Assembly (NCBI GenBank): GCA_028700415.1
Contig: JAQVSS010000002.1
Coordinates: forward strand, 2,323-66,322
Length of the DNA stretch: 64,000 nt
From: Kiritimatiellia bacterium
GTDB lineage: Bacteria > Verrucomicrobiota > Kiritimatiellia > RFP12 > UBA1067
Direction: 5' to 3'
A program made the translations under genes and the position numbers. The notes beneath the pieces were generated by a model. That model had not been told where the DNA came from, did no database searches, and worked only from the letters and a program-made list of their open reading frames with translations. This document shows positions 1 through 9,065 of this stretch, in pieces (within the stretch, counting starts at the first letter, position 1; the number at the start of each line of letters is the position of its first letter).

Positions 1-2092
1 GCGCCAGTACCGCAATGATCATGTTACGCGTCGACGTGTCATCGGCGTAAGGATCCGTCAATTGGCGCTCGGAGTTGCAGGGCAGTGCGGCCTCACTTGT
101 GAAGAGGCGGCCCAGTTTGAGGGAGAAACGCAGACGGCGGTTAATGGCCCAGCCGCAGGCGTTGAGGATCGGGGCGATGTCCCGCGCCCGCAATCTGAAC
201 CAGCCCAGAATCATCGACGGGCCTGAGACGATGAGGAGCACGGCGACGATGCCCAGCGCGGTTTTCCAGAGCGGCAGCCCCGAGATTACGCCGACAAGGC
301 CGCCGATGGCCGAACCGATCAAGCCGATCGCGATGCCGAGGGCCGCCACCGACGAGGCGAGCGCCGCGCCCTCCATCTTTTTGGGCGCTTCGGCAGGCGC
401 GTTCGCAGCCGTGCCGACCGTAGCCACTTTGGCGGAAGCGCTCGTGAGGGCTGCGGTCTGCCGGGCCGCAAGCATCTTGTTGACCTGCGCGCTGATCATG
501 GCCGCGATCTTGCGCCACGGATCCCAGAAGGCTTCGCGGATCGAGATGGCGTTGTCCACCATTTTGACGATGGTCGCGTCCCAGTCCTTCCCGTCGAGAT
601 CGTAGAAGATGCCGTTGCGGCCGACCCAGAGGGTTTGCGCGAAACCGGCGGTAAAGGCGGCGCAGATGGTGCGTGTCTCCTTGGAGCCGGGGCGCGTGAG
701 CGTACAGTAGGCAAGGCAACACTTGCTGGCTGCGGCTTGCGCGGAGTGCGCCCCGATGTCGTCCACATGGAAACAGAGGTTGCAGGCACGGGCGTCCATA
801 TAGAGCCTGCCAACCTGGAAGATCGCGACTTCCTTCGGGTTGTAAAGCCTGCCCATGTTGACGTAGTTGTTGAGCAGGTTGACAAGGTTCGCATGGTAAC
901 GGATCAGGCGCTCGACTTCCGTGATTTGGGCGTTCTCAGCTTCGAGGGCCGCGTCTTTGGCGATGAGCGCGGTGATTTCCGCATGAGCCTTGCTTTTGAG
1001 GAGCGCGGCGAGACGCTCATTCCCGAGCGCGGCGACTTCCGCGCCCGCCTTGGCGGCGGTCCATACATCGAAGGGTGCGAGCTTGGCTTTGAGCGCCAGC
1101 CACTGCGCGGCGGAGAGCGCCGTGCAATCCGCGCCCAGCAGCGGGTTGACGGCATTCTCCCTGAAGGCGGAGATGGCTTCCGCCCAAGCGGGGTTGATGC
1201 CCGTGAGCAACTGCAGGTCGCGTCCGGCTTCGATTTTCGCGAGCGGGAAGGAGGCCAGTGCGGGTAGGCTGTCCGTCAGTTCCATGCCGGCCAATGCGGC
1301 GAGGTCCGCGTCGGTGCGGCTGAGCGCCTGCGCGGCACGCGGGTCGAACTCCGCCATGCGGCAGCGGGTGAAGTAGTCGTCGATTTTGGCGCGGACCGCT
1401 GCGAGCGCGGCGGCGGCGGCGGCCGTCTTGTCGCCCAGCGGCAGGACTGCGGGATCTGACGAGGCTTTGCCGGTCCAGTCGAGATAAGCGGAGGCGGCGG
1501 CAAAGAAGGCGTCGGTCTTGGCTTGGTTCACGCCGGGTTTGCCGCTACGGTCGGTCTCCGCGCCGAACAGGTCGATGATGTCGGTGATGGTTTTCTGGAT
1601 GGTGGGGTCTTCTGAGGCGTCGGCGGGTATGATGCCGTCGCCGTTGAAGCGGGTTTCCGCGAAGATTTTTGCGGTGTCTCCCACATCGGCAAGGGTAATG
1701 GCGTCTGCCGAAGCTTTGCCGAGGTTGGCGAGGATGCGTTTCGCGTTCGCGAGCAGGGTTTGCCCTTCGGGCGTGGCGGGATTCAAACAGGCGAGATTGA
1801 CCGTGTCAGAACCCTCGGTCAGGGGGTCGAGTGAGGTGAGGCGTGCGGAGAGCCACGCGACGGCATTCAGGAGTTCCGGCACGCGGATGCGCCCGTCTTT
1901 GTCGGAATCAAGCAGTTCCAGCGTTTTGGCGTCGAAGCGAATGCCTTGGGTCGGGCAACTCAGGGCGGCCCAGAGCTTCTGGTCGAGCGAGGCGAGGTTC
2001 GCGATGTCTGCGCCTGTCCGGATGAGCGCTTGGTCGAGTCCGCCGGTCCTGAAAAAGTGCCAGGTGTGCGCGGGGCTGAGGTTTTTTTCCAT
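1..2092 (-). CDS. Large EF-hand-motif protein with C-terminal membrane helices, unknown function (3' end lies beyond the left window edge; at least 697 codons visible)
   Basis: Absent from the ORF track because it has no stop inside the window. Reverse-strand ATG at 2092-2090 with AGGAG about 10 nt upstream. My manual translation stays open down to position 2: MEKNLSPAHTWHFFRTGGLDQ... It has a canonical EF-hand loop (LLDSDKDGRIRVPELL) near the N-terminus, an Ala/Leu-rich coiled-coil-like middle, a Cys-rich block (ARACNLCFHVDD, KCCLAYCTL), then hydrophobic helices (LGIAIGLIGSAIGGLVGVISGL; ALGIVAVLLIVSGPSMILGW). No competing ORF of 60 aa or more is listed in this reverse frame. Confidence 0.6.
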   Translation of the reverse strand, partial: MEKNLSPAHTWHFFRTGGLDQALIRTGADIANLASLDQKLWAALSCPTQGIRFDAKTLELLDSDKDGRIRVPELLNAVAWLSARLTSLDPLTEGSDTVNLACLNPATPEGQTLLANAKRILANLGKASADAITLADVGDTAKIFAETRFNGDGIIPADASEDPTIQKTITDIIDLFGAETDRSGKPGVNQAKTDAFFAAASAYLDWTGKASSDPAVLPLGDKTAAAAAALAAVRAKIDDYFTRCRMAEFDPRAAQALSRTDADLAALAGMELTDSLPALASFPLAKIEAGRDLQLLTGINPAWAEAISAFRENAVNPLLGADCTALSAAQWLALKAKLAPFDVWTAAKAGAEVAALGNERLAALLKSKAHAEITALIAKDAALEAENAQITEVERLIRYHANLVNLLNNYVNMGRLYNPKEVAIFQVGRLYMDARACNLCFHVDDIGAHSAQAAASKCCLAYCTLTRPGSKETRTICAAFTAGFAQTLWVGRNGIFYDLDGKDWDATIVKMVDNAISIREAFWDPWRKIAAMISAQVNKMLAARQTAALTSASAKVATVGTAANAPAEAPKKMEGAALASSVAALGIAIGLIGSAIGGLVGVISGLPLWKTALGIVAVLLIVSGPSMILGWFRLRARDIAPILNACGWAINRRLRFSLKLGRLFTSEAALPCNSERQLTDPYADDTSTRNMIIAVLA

Positions 2093-2125
2093 GATGCGTC
2101 TTCTCCTGATGGGCTTGTGTGGTGG

Positions 2126-3028
2126 TTAGTGAATCGCCAGCATCGCCTCGATGGCGCGTCTGGCGCGAAGCGAGATGGGCTCGGGAACCGCGATGACCGT
2201 CTGCATGTCGCGCAAGCTCCAGAGTATTTTTTCAAGGGTGATTTTCTTCATGTTGGGGCAGACCGCCAACTCGAGCAGCGGAAAGAAGGTTTTGCCGGGG
2301 TTCTCGTTCCGCAGGCGGTGGAGGATACCGGTTTCGGTGCCGATAATAAACGTGTTTTCAGGGCGCCCCTGCACATACCGGCACATGCCGCCGGTGGAGA
2401 ACACGGCATCGGCGGCGTCACGCACGGGTTTCGGGCATTCGGGATGCACGAGAACCGGTGCGCCGGGGTGGGCGTCGCGCGCGGCCCGGATGTGGGATAC
2501 GGTGATCCGCGCGTGAGTCGGACAGAAACCGGGCCAGAGAATGAAGGTGCGCCCCAGTTTTTCGGCGGTGAAGGAACCGAGGTGGCGGTCCGGAACAAAA
2601 ATGATCTCTTGGTCCGGGGGGTAGCTTTGCGCCACGGCGACGGCGTTGGCGGAAGTGACACAACAGTCGCTTTCGGCTTTGACCTCGGCGGTGCTGTTGA
2701 CGTAGCAAAGCACCTTGGCGTTGGGGTGCTTCGCCTTCAAATCGCGGAGCTGGCAGCCAGTGATCATATCGGCCATAGGACAGCCGGCATCGGCGGCGGG
2801 CAGCAGGACGGTCTTGCCGGGGTTCAGTATGGCGGCGGTTTCAGCCATGAAATGGACCCCGCAAAAGACGATCACAGCGGCATGGATATCCGCGGCCTTA
2901 CGGGCGAGCTCCAACGAGTCGCCTGTAAAGTCGGCAATATCCTGCACTTCGGAGGGCTGATAATTGTGCGCAAGAATCACGGCGTTGTGCTTCTTTTGCA
3001 GGCTGCGGATTTCTTCATGCAAAGTCAT
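2126..3028 (-). CDS. nadA: Quinolinate synthase
   Basis: Lies inside track ORF 2126..3328(-). I trimmed it to the internal ATG at 3028 (MTLHEEIRSLQKKHNAVILAHNYQ...), which gives 300 aa. NadA-type strings: AHNYQ, GVHFMAETA, GCPMA, VNSTAEVKA, FVPDRHLG, FCPTH, VHPECP, GTETGILHRL, VCPNMK (Cys ligands of the 4Fe-4S cluster). Confidence 0.93.
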   Translation of the reverse strand: MTLHEEIRSLQKKHNAVILAHNYQPSEVQDIADFTGDSLELARKAADIHAAVIVFCGVHFMAETAAILNPGKTVLLPAADAGCPMADMITGCQLRDLKAKHPNAKVLCYVNSTAEVKAESDCCVTSANAVAVAQSYPPDQEIIFVPDRHLGSFTAEKLGRTFILWPGFCPTHARITVSHIRAARDAHPGAPVLVHPECPKPVRDAADAVFSTGGMCRYVQGRPENTFIIGTETGILHRLRNENPGKTFFPLLELAVCPNMKKITLEKILWSLRDMQTVIAVPEPISLRARRAIEAMLAIH

Positions 3029-3115
3029 ATAGGCAATGTCCCAAAGATTCGATTTCAAATTCAGGATAGCACATGTCGCGGTAAAACGGAAATAAGAAAT
3101 CACGCATGTCTGCGC

Positions 3116-3145
3116 TTGCGGAAGCGGGCCTTTTGCGCGTATAAT
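3116..3145 (+). promoter_or_regulatory. Candidate sigma70-type promoter for tolB-pal
   Basis: TTGCGG (3116-3121), an 18-nt spacer, then a perfect TATAAT (3140-3145), in the nadA/tolB divergent intergenic region. Sequence match only. Confidence 0.35.
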
Positions 3146-3167
3146 GAAAACACTTTTTGGAGCGATT

Positions 3168-4376
3168 ATGCAAAAAATTATTCTGTTTTCGGTTTTGCTA
3201 ATAATGGGGACGATGGGGGGTGACGCGTGGGCGCAGTCGGCTGGGCGTCCCCCGCTGATTTCGGTGGTCAAAAAAGGCGCCGAGAAAAACACGGTGTCCA
3301 TCACCGGACTGAAGGCGGCCGGTCCCAACGGTCAGTTGTTTTCGAGAACGCTCGCGCGCGACCTGGAGCTTTCCGGGTGGTTCAAAGTGGGGGCTTCCGG
3401 GGCTGTCAGGGTGAGCGGGACGGTTTCCGAGGCGGGGACGGGCATTCAGAGCGCGTGCAGGATCACCTGGCCGGGCAAGGCGTTCAACTGGAACAAAGTG
3501 TCGATGGGAGGGGCTGAGGTGCGGCGTCAGGCACACCAGCTGGCGGATGAGATGGTGCGGCTGATCACGGGGGAGACCGGTATCGCGCAAACACGCATTG
3601 TATTTGTGAACCGCCGCGGACGGAACAACGCGGACCTGTACATGTGCGATGCGGACGGACAGGGATTGATGCAGATCACACACGACAATGTGGCCGCCGT
3701 GGGGCCCCGCTGGGCACCGAACGGGCGCGACATTTATTACACCAGTTTCATGAAGGGGTATCCGGCGGTCTATCGCCTGATGGTGGGGGGGGGCGAGCGC
3801 AAGGCGCTGGCCGCATTCAGGGGGCTGAACACAGGCGCGGCCATTTCCCCTGACGGTTCGCGGGCGGCCCTCATTCTATCTTATCAGGGGAATCCTGAAC
3901 TGTATGTGTTGGGATTGGCTTCCGGACAGTTGGTGCGGTTGACCCGGACAAGCTACGGGGCGGAAGCCAGCCCCTGCTGGTCGCCTGACGGGCGCCGGAT
4001 CGTCTATGTGAGCGATGTCACGAAAGCGCCGCAGCTCTACATCGTGGATGTGGCAACCCGGCAGTCGCGCAGACTGACGTACAGGGGGTCGGAGAACGTC
4101 AATCCGGACTGGAGTGCCCAAGGCAAGATCGTGTATGCGACCAAACGCGGCGGCGGATACCGGATCGCGGTGCTTGACCCGCGTGCCGATGAAGGGTCCT
4201 GCGAGCTTCTGGCTTCCGCAGGCGATTACGAGCACCCTTCGTGGGCGCCGGACGGGCGGCACATCGTCTGCTCAAACCGTTCCTCGCTCTACATTCTTGA
4301 CACTCTGGGGGATCCTGCGGTACGTTTAATCAACCTTGCCGGAAACTGGATGTCCCCGGATTGGTCTAATCGTTAA
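3168..4376 (+). CDS. tolB: Tol-Pal system beta-propeller protein TolB
   Basis: Track ORF 3144..4376. I prefer ATG 3168 because GGAG lies upstream and 3144 would sit inside the putative -10. Signal peptide MQKIILFSVLLIMGTMGGDAWAQ. A TolB N-domain is followed by repeated PD40-type blades (WAPNGRDIYYTS, ISPDGSRAALILS, WSPDGRRIVYVS, WSAQGKIVYAT, WAPDGRHIVCS). Confidence 0.9.
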   Translation: MQKIILFSVLLIMGTMGGDAWAQSAGRPPLISVVKKGAEKNTVSITGLKAAGPNGQLFSRTLARDLELSGWFKVGASGAVRVSGTVSEAGTGIQSACRITWPGKAFNWNKVSMGGAEVRRQAHQLADEMVRLITGETGIAQTRIVFVNRRGRNNADLYMCDADGQGLMQITHDNVAAVGPRWAPNGRDIYYTSFMKGYPAVYRLMVGGGERKALAAFRGLNTGAAISPDGSRAALILSYQGNPELYVLGLASGQLVRLTRTSYGAEASPCWSPDGRRIVYVSDVTKAPQLYIVDVATRQSRRLTYRGSENVNPDWSAQGKIVYATKRGGGYRIAVLDPRADEGSCELLASAGDYEHPSWAPDGRHIVCSNRSSLYILDTLGDPAVRLINLAGNWMSPDWSNR

Positions 4377-4397
4377 AAGGTTCATAGGAGTTCACAC

Positions 4398-4979
4398 ATG
4401 CATATTCGTTCCGTCGTCGTCGTCAACGTTGCACTGATGGGCGCGTTGGTTCTTACTGACACCGGTTGCCGTACAAAGGCGGGTGGGTGGCGTTGGCCGT
4501 GGCAGAAGGACAAGTCTGAACTGGCGGGAGGGGTGGGCGACCCGACCTTGCTGGAGAACACCGATCTGTCGAGAGTGACCGACGAGAGCGGCAATCTGGT
4601 GAGCGGTTCGCGCTTTGAGGATACGCTTCAGGCGGTGCAGGGCGTAAAGTTTTCCCCGGTCTATTTCGCATTCGACAGTTACGCGTTGCCCCCGTCCGAG
4701 GTTGCGAAAGTTGAGCAGGTCGCACAGCACCTGCAGCAAAACACCTCGCATGTGCTGGTCGTCGAAGGCCATTGCGATGAACGCGGCAGCAACGAGTATA
4801 ACCTTTCGTTGGGCGAGAACCGCGCTTTGTCGGTCCGTTCCCATCTCGTCAATCTCGGGATTTCGGCCGACCGCATTCAGACCCGCAGCTATGGCGAGGA
4901 GAAACCCGCTGTCGCCGGTTCGGGCGAAGAAGCGTGGCATCTGAACCGCCGTGGCGAGTTCGCACTGTTCCAGAAATAA
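4398..4979 (+). CDS. pal: Peptidoglycan-associated protein Pal (OmpA-like C-terminal domain)
   Basis: OmpA_C signature: VYFAFDSYALPPSE...VVEGHCDERGSNEYNLSLGENRALSVRSHLVNLGI...QTRSYGEEKP. The N-terminal signal ends in ...LTDTGC (possible lipid-modified Cys; the lipobox is not canonical). Sits directly downstream of tolB. Confidence 0.88.
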   Translation: MHIRSVVVVNVALMGALVLTDTGCRTKAGGWRWPWQKDKSELAGGVGDPTLLENTDLSRVTDESGNLVSGSRFEDTLQAVQGVKFSPVYFAFDSYALPPSEVAKVEQVAQHLQQNTSHVLVVEGHCDERGSNEYNLSLGENRALSVRSHLVNLGISADRIQTRSYGEEKPAVAGSGEEAWHLNRRGEFALFQK

Positions 4980-5006
4980 GCGGACGGGGGTCGGGAGCTT
5001 CCAGGT

Positions 5007-5432
5007 ATGGCGTATTTTCCAAGTGTGGCGTTCCTGACCGGCTCGGTGGGCGCAGGCGAGTGGGTTGTTTTGTTTGTGGTCGTCCTGATCGTGGTCGGCC
5101 CCAAGCGCTTGCCCGAAATTGCCCGTAAACTCGGCCGCACGATGGAAATGTTCCGTCGTGCGGCAGACGAGTTCAAAGATCAGTTGATGAATATGGACCA
5201 GGAGACGCCTTCGAGCAGTCTCCCGCCGACGCCTGTGGTTCCACCTGATACGCCGGTTCCGCCGGACACGTCCGATGCTTACGATAACCCGTATCCGGAC
5301 GCCTCAGACTATCCCGGTAACGAGAGTCAAGACGAGAGCTGGTCTTCCGATTCGGGTTCAGGAACCCCGGACTCGACAATGCCGCCCGATGACGGTTCTG
5401 CTCCTGAAACGCACACGGAGGACCGGGCATGA
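5007..5432 (+). CDS. tatA: Twin-arginine translocase TatA/E/B-family subunit with a long Pro/Asp/Ser-rich tail
   Basis: TM helix plus amphipathic helix: GEWVVLFVVVLIVVGPKRLPEIARKLGRTMEMFRRAADEFKDQL. An in-frame GTG at 5046 (MGAGEW...) is an equally plausible start. The stop overlaps the tatC start (ATGA at 5429-5432). Confidence 0.85.
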   Translation: MAYFPSVAFLTGSVGAGEWVVLFVVVLIVVGPKRLPEIARKLGRTMEMFRRAADEFKDQLMNMDQETPSSSLPPTPVVPPDTPVPPDTSDAYDNPYPDASDYPGNESQDESWSSDSGSGTPDSTMPPDDGSAPETHTEDRA

Positions 5433-6244
5433 AGATCGGCCGGTTTTCACTGAAGCCGAAATCGGGAATGGGTGCGGAAGACTACGATGACCCACCGCGG
5501 CCTTTTCTGGAACACCTGATCGAACTGCGCGATTGTGTGATACACTGCGCGGTTGTTTGGGTTCTTTGCGAGATTGCCATCCTTCCCTTCGCGCCGCGGA
5601 TCACCCAATGGCTCATGGCACCCGCCCAACAGGCCCAAAGTATGATTCAAGGGCTAACCTGGACGGCCGGGTTTGATATTCTTCTCAAAATTATGCTATG
5701 GGGCGGCACGGCGCTCAGTCTGCCCTTTCTGCTTTTCTTCATTTTCCGGTTTGTGTTCCCCGGCCTGAAACGAGGCGAGCGGACGATCATCGTTTTCAGC
5801 CTCTGTACCTCTACCGTTCTCTTTGGCGGCGGTGTGTGGATGGCTTATGAACAAACGCTGAATATCGCGTTCCGCGTGTTGCAGCAAGTCAACGCGTGGA
5901 TGGGGGTGAAGGTCGAAATCTTGACGTTGGACCAGCATGTCGAGATCGTGATCAAAACGATCATTGCATTCGGGTTGGCCTTCCAGTTGCCTTTACTGTT
6001 GCTGGTGCTCGGTTGGATCGGGATCATCCCTTCCGAGGTGTTGCGCACGAGGCGACGCTTGGCGATCGTAATCATCTTTGTTATCGCCATGGTGTTAACG
6101 CCCCCAGACCCGGTCTCGCAGGTCCTGATGGCGCTACCGATGTGTATCCTGTACGAGGCGTGCATCTGGATCATCCGGTTGCGCGAACTGGCGAGAGGGA
6201 AAACCAAGGAAGAGCCCGCGCCGACGGATGGCGGCGAGGCGTGA
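5429..6244 (+). CDS. tatC: Twin-arginine translocase subunit TatC
   Basis: 271 aa polytopic membrane protein. Has the N-terminal FLEHLIELR motif, FIFRFVFPGLKRGER and LTPPDPVSQ, all typical of TatC. Translationally coupled to tatA. Confidence 0.9.
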   Translation: MKIGRFSLKPKSGMGAEDYDDPPRPFLEHLIELRDCVIHCAVVWVLCEIAILPFAPRITQWLMAPAQQAQSMIQGLTWTAGFDILLKIMLWGGTALSLPFLLFFIFRFVFPGLKRGERTIIVFSLCTSTVLFGGGVWMAYEQTLNIAFRVLQQVNAWMGVKVEILTLDQHVEIVIKTIIAFGLAFQLPLLLLVLGWIGIIPSEVLRTRRRLAIVIIFVIAMVLTPPDPVSQVLMALPMCILYEACIWIIRLRELARGKTKEEPAPTDGGEA

Positions 6245-6258
6245 AACGGAGGCGAGTC

Positions 6259-6846
6259 ATGGCACGCACAGCGACACGTACACGCACGACGCGCGAGACG
6301 GACATTGCGGTGACGCTGAACCTCGACGGGGCAGGTGTCTGCCACGTGGCGACGGGAATCGGTTTCCTGGATCACATGCTGGAACTCTTCGCGCGCCATT
6401 CGCTGACCGATCTGGACGTCCGGGCGACGGGTGACGTCAATGTGGATTATCACCACACGGTTGAAGATGTGGGGTTGGTGCTCGGCTCTTGTCTCAATCA
6501 GGCGCTCGGCGAGCGGAGGGGCATCCGGCGTTACGGCTTTTTCCAATTGCCCATGGACGAGGCGCTCTGCGAGGTGGCGCTGGATCTCGGCGGCCGCCCG
6601 TTTTTGGTTTTTGCGAGTGCGATGAAGCACATGCAGGTCCGCGATTTCGAGGTGAAACTGCTGGAAGAGTTTTTCCGCGCGTTAACGGTCGAGGGCCGCA
6701 TGAATCTGCATCTCCGGCAAATCTATGGCGATGAGGCGCACCACGTTTGCGAGGCGATGTTCAAGGGGTTCGCACGCGCCTTACGCATGGCCGTTGAGAG
6801 CGACCCGCGCGAAACGGGCATCCCCTCCAGCAAGGGCAAGATTTGA
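6259..6846 (+). CDS. hisB: Imidazoleglycerol-phosphate dehydratase
   Basis: Track ORF 5896..6846 has a spurious N-terminal extension overlapping tatC. The conserved sequence starts at ATG 6259: RETDIAVTLNLDG, TGIGFLDHMLELFARH, YHHTVEDVGLVLG, PMDEAL, LLEEFFRAL, DEAHHVCEAMFKGFARALR. Confidence 0.93.
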   Translation: MARTATRTRTTRETDIAVTLNLDGAGVCHVATGIGFLDHMLELFARHSLTDLDVRATGDVNVDYHHTVEDVGLVLGSCLNQALGERRGIRRYGFFQLPMDEALCEVALDLGGRPFLVFASAMKHMQVRDFEVKLLEEFFRALTVEGRMNLHLRQIYGDEAHHVCEAMFKGFARALRMAVESDPRETGIPSSKGKI

Positions 6847-6859
6847 TGGGTGCAGGGAT

Positions 6860-7585
6860 ATGATCATTTTACCGGCGATCGATTTGAAGGATGGCAAGTG
6901 TGTGCGGTTGCGCCAGGGTAGGGCGGAGGACGTGACGGTGTATTCTGACGACCCTGTGGTTCAAGCGCGGAAATGGCTGGAGCAGGGGGCCCGGCAGTTG
7001 CATGTGGTGGACCTCGACGGCGCGTTTCAGGGCGAGCCTAAACATGCGGAAGTCATTGCCCGGATTGTCAAGGCAGTCGGCATTCCCGTCGAGGTGGGGG
7101 GGGGGCTGCGGACAGACGCCCACATTGAAAGTTTGCTGCAAGCAGGCGTGGCCCGCGCTATCATCGGCACGCGCGCATTGGAAAGCCTCGATGCGCTGGC
7201 GGCGTTGGTTCGGCGCTTCGGCGATGCCATTGCTGTGGGCGTTGACGCGCGCGATGGGTTTGTCCAGGTCAAGGGTTGGGTCGAGACCACTCAAACGCGT
7301 GCGACGGATTTGGCAAAACGGGTCGAGTCCGCCGGAGTCCGGACGATCATCTATACGGATACCGCTACCGACGGCATGTTGGGTGGCCCCAACCTCACGG
7401 CCATGTGCCAGATGTGCGGGGCGGTCTCGTGTGACATCATCGCTTCGGGCGGCGTGAGCTTTCCGGAACATGTCACGGCACTGAAAGCGCTGGGCTGCGC
7501 GAACCTTATCGGCGCGATTGTGGGCAAAGCCCTTTACGACGGCAAGACGACGCTCGCCGCCATGAAAGCGGCGGCGGGGGGTTAA
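6860..7585 (+). CDS. hisA: ProFAR isomerase HisA
   Basis: Start at ATG 6860 (MIILPAIDLKDGKCVRLRQG). Strings: HVVDLDGAF, VEVGGGLR, AIIGT, VGVDARDG, IIYTDTATDGMLGGPN, IASGGV, AIVGKALY. Confidence 0.92.
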   Translation: MIILPAIDLKDGKCVRLRQGRAEDVTVYSDDPVVQARKWLEQGARQLHVVDLDGAFQGEPKHAEVIARIVKAVGIPVEVGGGLRTDAHIESLLQAGVARAIIGTRALESLDALAALVRRFGDAIAVGVDARDGFVQVKGWVETTQTRATDLAKRVESAGVRTIIYTDTATDGMLGGPNLTAMCQMCGAVSCDIIASGGVSFPEHVTALKALGCANLIGAIVGKALYDGKTTLAAMKAAAGG

Positions 7586-7681
7586 CGTGTGTTGGAGTTG
7601 CCCGCCGTGCCTCCTCTGCGGGACGCGTTGGGAGAACACCGGTTGCTTTTGTTGGTGACCTTGGAGTGGCATAGGATTTAT

Positions 7682-8971
7682 ATGTTGAGAAATGTTCAGG
7701 TAACCGTTCTGAAAAACGGGGCGACGGTCGTGACGGCACCCGATGCGGATGCGGAGAGCGTGTCGGTCGGCATCTGGGTCGGCGTCGGCGGACGGCATGA
7801 AAAAATATCGCAGACCGGCGCGAGTCATTTCCTTGAGCACATGCTTTTTAAAGGCACCCCGAAGCGTTCGGCGCTGGCCATCTCGCAGGCGATCGAAGGC
7901 CGCGGGGGATACCTGAACGCCTTCACGCAGGAAGAAAGCACCTGTTACTATGCGCGGCTGCCGTACGAATATCTGCGGCAGGCCTTTGATGTGTTGTCGG
8001 ACATGTACCTGAATGCCGCGATCAAAGGGGACGATTTCAACCGCGAACGCGACGTGATTTTGGAAGAGATCAAGATGTATCAGGACTTGCCTCAGCATCT
8101 GGTGCAGGAGAAATTGCAGGAAGTGATGTTCAAAGGGCACGCGCTTGGACTTCCGCTTTCTGGCGATGCGCGGTCGCTGCGCAAGATGACGCGCGAGAAA
8201 CTGCTGCGGTACAAGGAGCAGGCGTATGCCCCCAGTGCCACCGTGTTCGCGTTTGCGGGGCACCTCGACCACGCGGCGTGTGTGGCTTGCGTTGAACACG
8301 CGGTGGGTGGCGCGCGAAGCGCGAACGGTTTGGGTTTTGAAAAAATAGATGCCACGGTTCCTCAGGAACGGTTATCGCTGGTGCAGAAGGAGATCGCGCA
8401 GGTTCACGCGGTGGTGGGGTTCCGCGTGTTCGGGCGGCATGACGACCGGCGTTATGCCTTGCGCGTCTTGAACGGGCTGCTGGGCGAAAACATGAGCTCT
8501 CGGCTCTTTCAGAGCGTGCGCGAACGGCATGGCCTGTGTTACTCGATCCAGTCGAGTTTCCAGCTGTTTGAGGAAACCGGCGTGTTTGCCGTCAGTGGCG
8601 GGTTCGATACGCAGCGTGCCGTGGCGGCGCTGAAGCTGACCGCAAAAGAGATCCGGCGGGTGATCGACGAGAAGGTCGGTGCCCGCGAGCTGAAACGCAC
8701 AAAGGACTATCTGCTCGGCACGTTCCGGCTGGGACTGGAGGGCTCGGGCAGCCAGATGATGTACATCGGCGAATCGCTGTTGAACTACGGTCGCATGGTG
8801 GATCCGGAAGAGACGATTGCAGGGCTTCGGGCTGTGACGGCAGATGACGTGCGGCGTGTGGCGGAGGATGTGTTCGAGCCTTCGCGACTGACCCTTTCGC
8901 TGGTGGTGCCGAACGGGCAGCCGGAAGCAGAAGCGGAATGGCTCAACAGCCTTTCGGCACTTGAGGTGTGA
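7682..8971 (+). CDS. M16 (pitrilysin/insulinase) family zinc peptidase
   Basis: Inverted zinc motif HxxEH in GASHFLEHMLFKGT, with a downstream REVILEEI-type Glu region. 429 aa from ATG 7682; the track ORF begins at 7589. Confidence 0.85.
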   Translation: MLRNVQVTVLKNGATVVTAPDADAESVSVGIWVGVGGRHEKISQTGASHFLEHMLFKGTPKRSALAISQAIEGRGGYLNAFTQEESTCYYARLPYEYLRQAFDVLSDMYLNAAIKGDDFNRERDVILEEIKMYQDLPQHLVQEKLQEVMFKGHALGLPLSGDARSLRKMTREKLLRYKEQAYAPSATVFAFAGHLDHAACVACVEHAVGGARSANGLGFEKIDATVPQERLSLVQKEIAQVHAVVGFRVFGRHDDRRYALRVLNGLLGENMSSRLFQSVRERHGLCYSIQSSFQLFEETGVFAVSGGFDTQRAVAALKLTAKEIRRVIDEKVGARELKRTKDYLLGTFRLGLEGSGSQMMYIGESLLNYGRMVDPEETIAGLRAVTADDVRRVAEDVFEPSRLTLSLVVPNGQPEAEAEWLNSLSALEV

Positions 8972-9065
8972 CGGCACTTCCCGATGTGGTGGAACAGGAT
9001 GCCGGTGGAAGTGGGCCGTTGTCGCTTGCTGTGTCGGCCTCCTTTTGAGCCGGATGAGGGGAAGT

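Noticed and set aside
75-2129. Plus-strand and other-frame ORFs listed in the first 2.1 kb (for example 75..605, 635..1267, 1518..2129)
   Set aside because: They overlap a single continuous reverse-strand frame that gives a coherent protein-like translation with an EF-hand motif, TM helices and an RBS-preceded ATG. The listed ORFs are Ala/Arg/Ser-rich shadow frames.
5896-6258. N-terminal 121-codon extension of the hisB track ORF. Similar upstream extensions occur on nadA, hisA, hydB, hydA, the ADH, mazG, CE15 and beta-helix B
   Set aside because: The extensions overlap the preceding genes or intergenic signals and carry no conserved sequence. The conserved family N-termini begin at internal ATGs that have Shine-Dalgarno-like sequences.
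6869-8299. 476-aa minus-strand ORF antisense to hisA and the M16 peptidase. Similar cases: 9300..10520(-), 23210..24418(-), 51189..52301(-), 42814..43650(-), 16935..17750(-), 17801..18757(-)
   Set aside because: All lie opposite plus-strand genes with strong family motifs. They lack recognisable motifs and show the Arg-rich composition typical of antisense frames in high-GC genomes.
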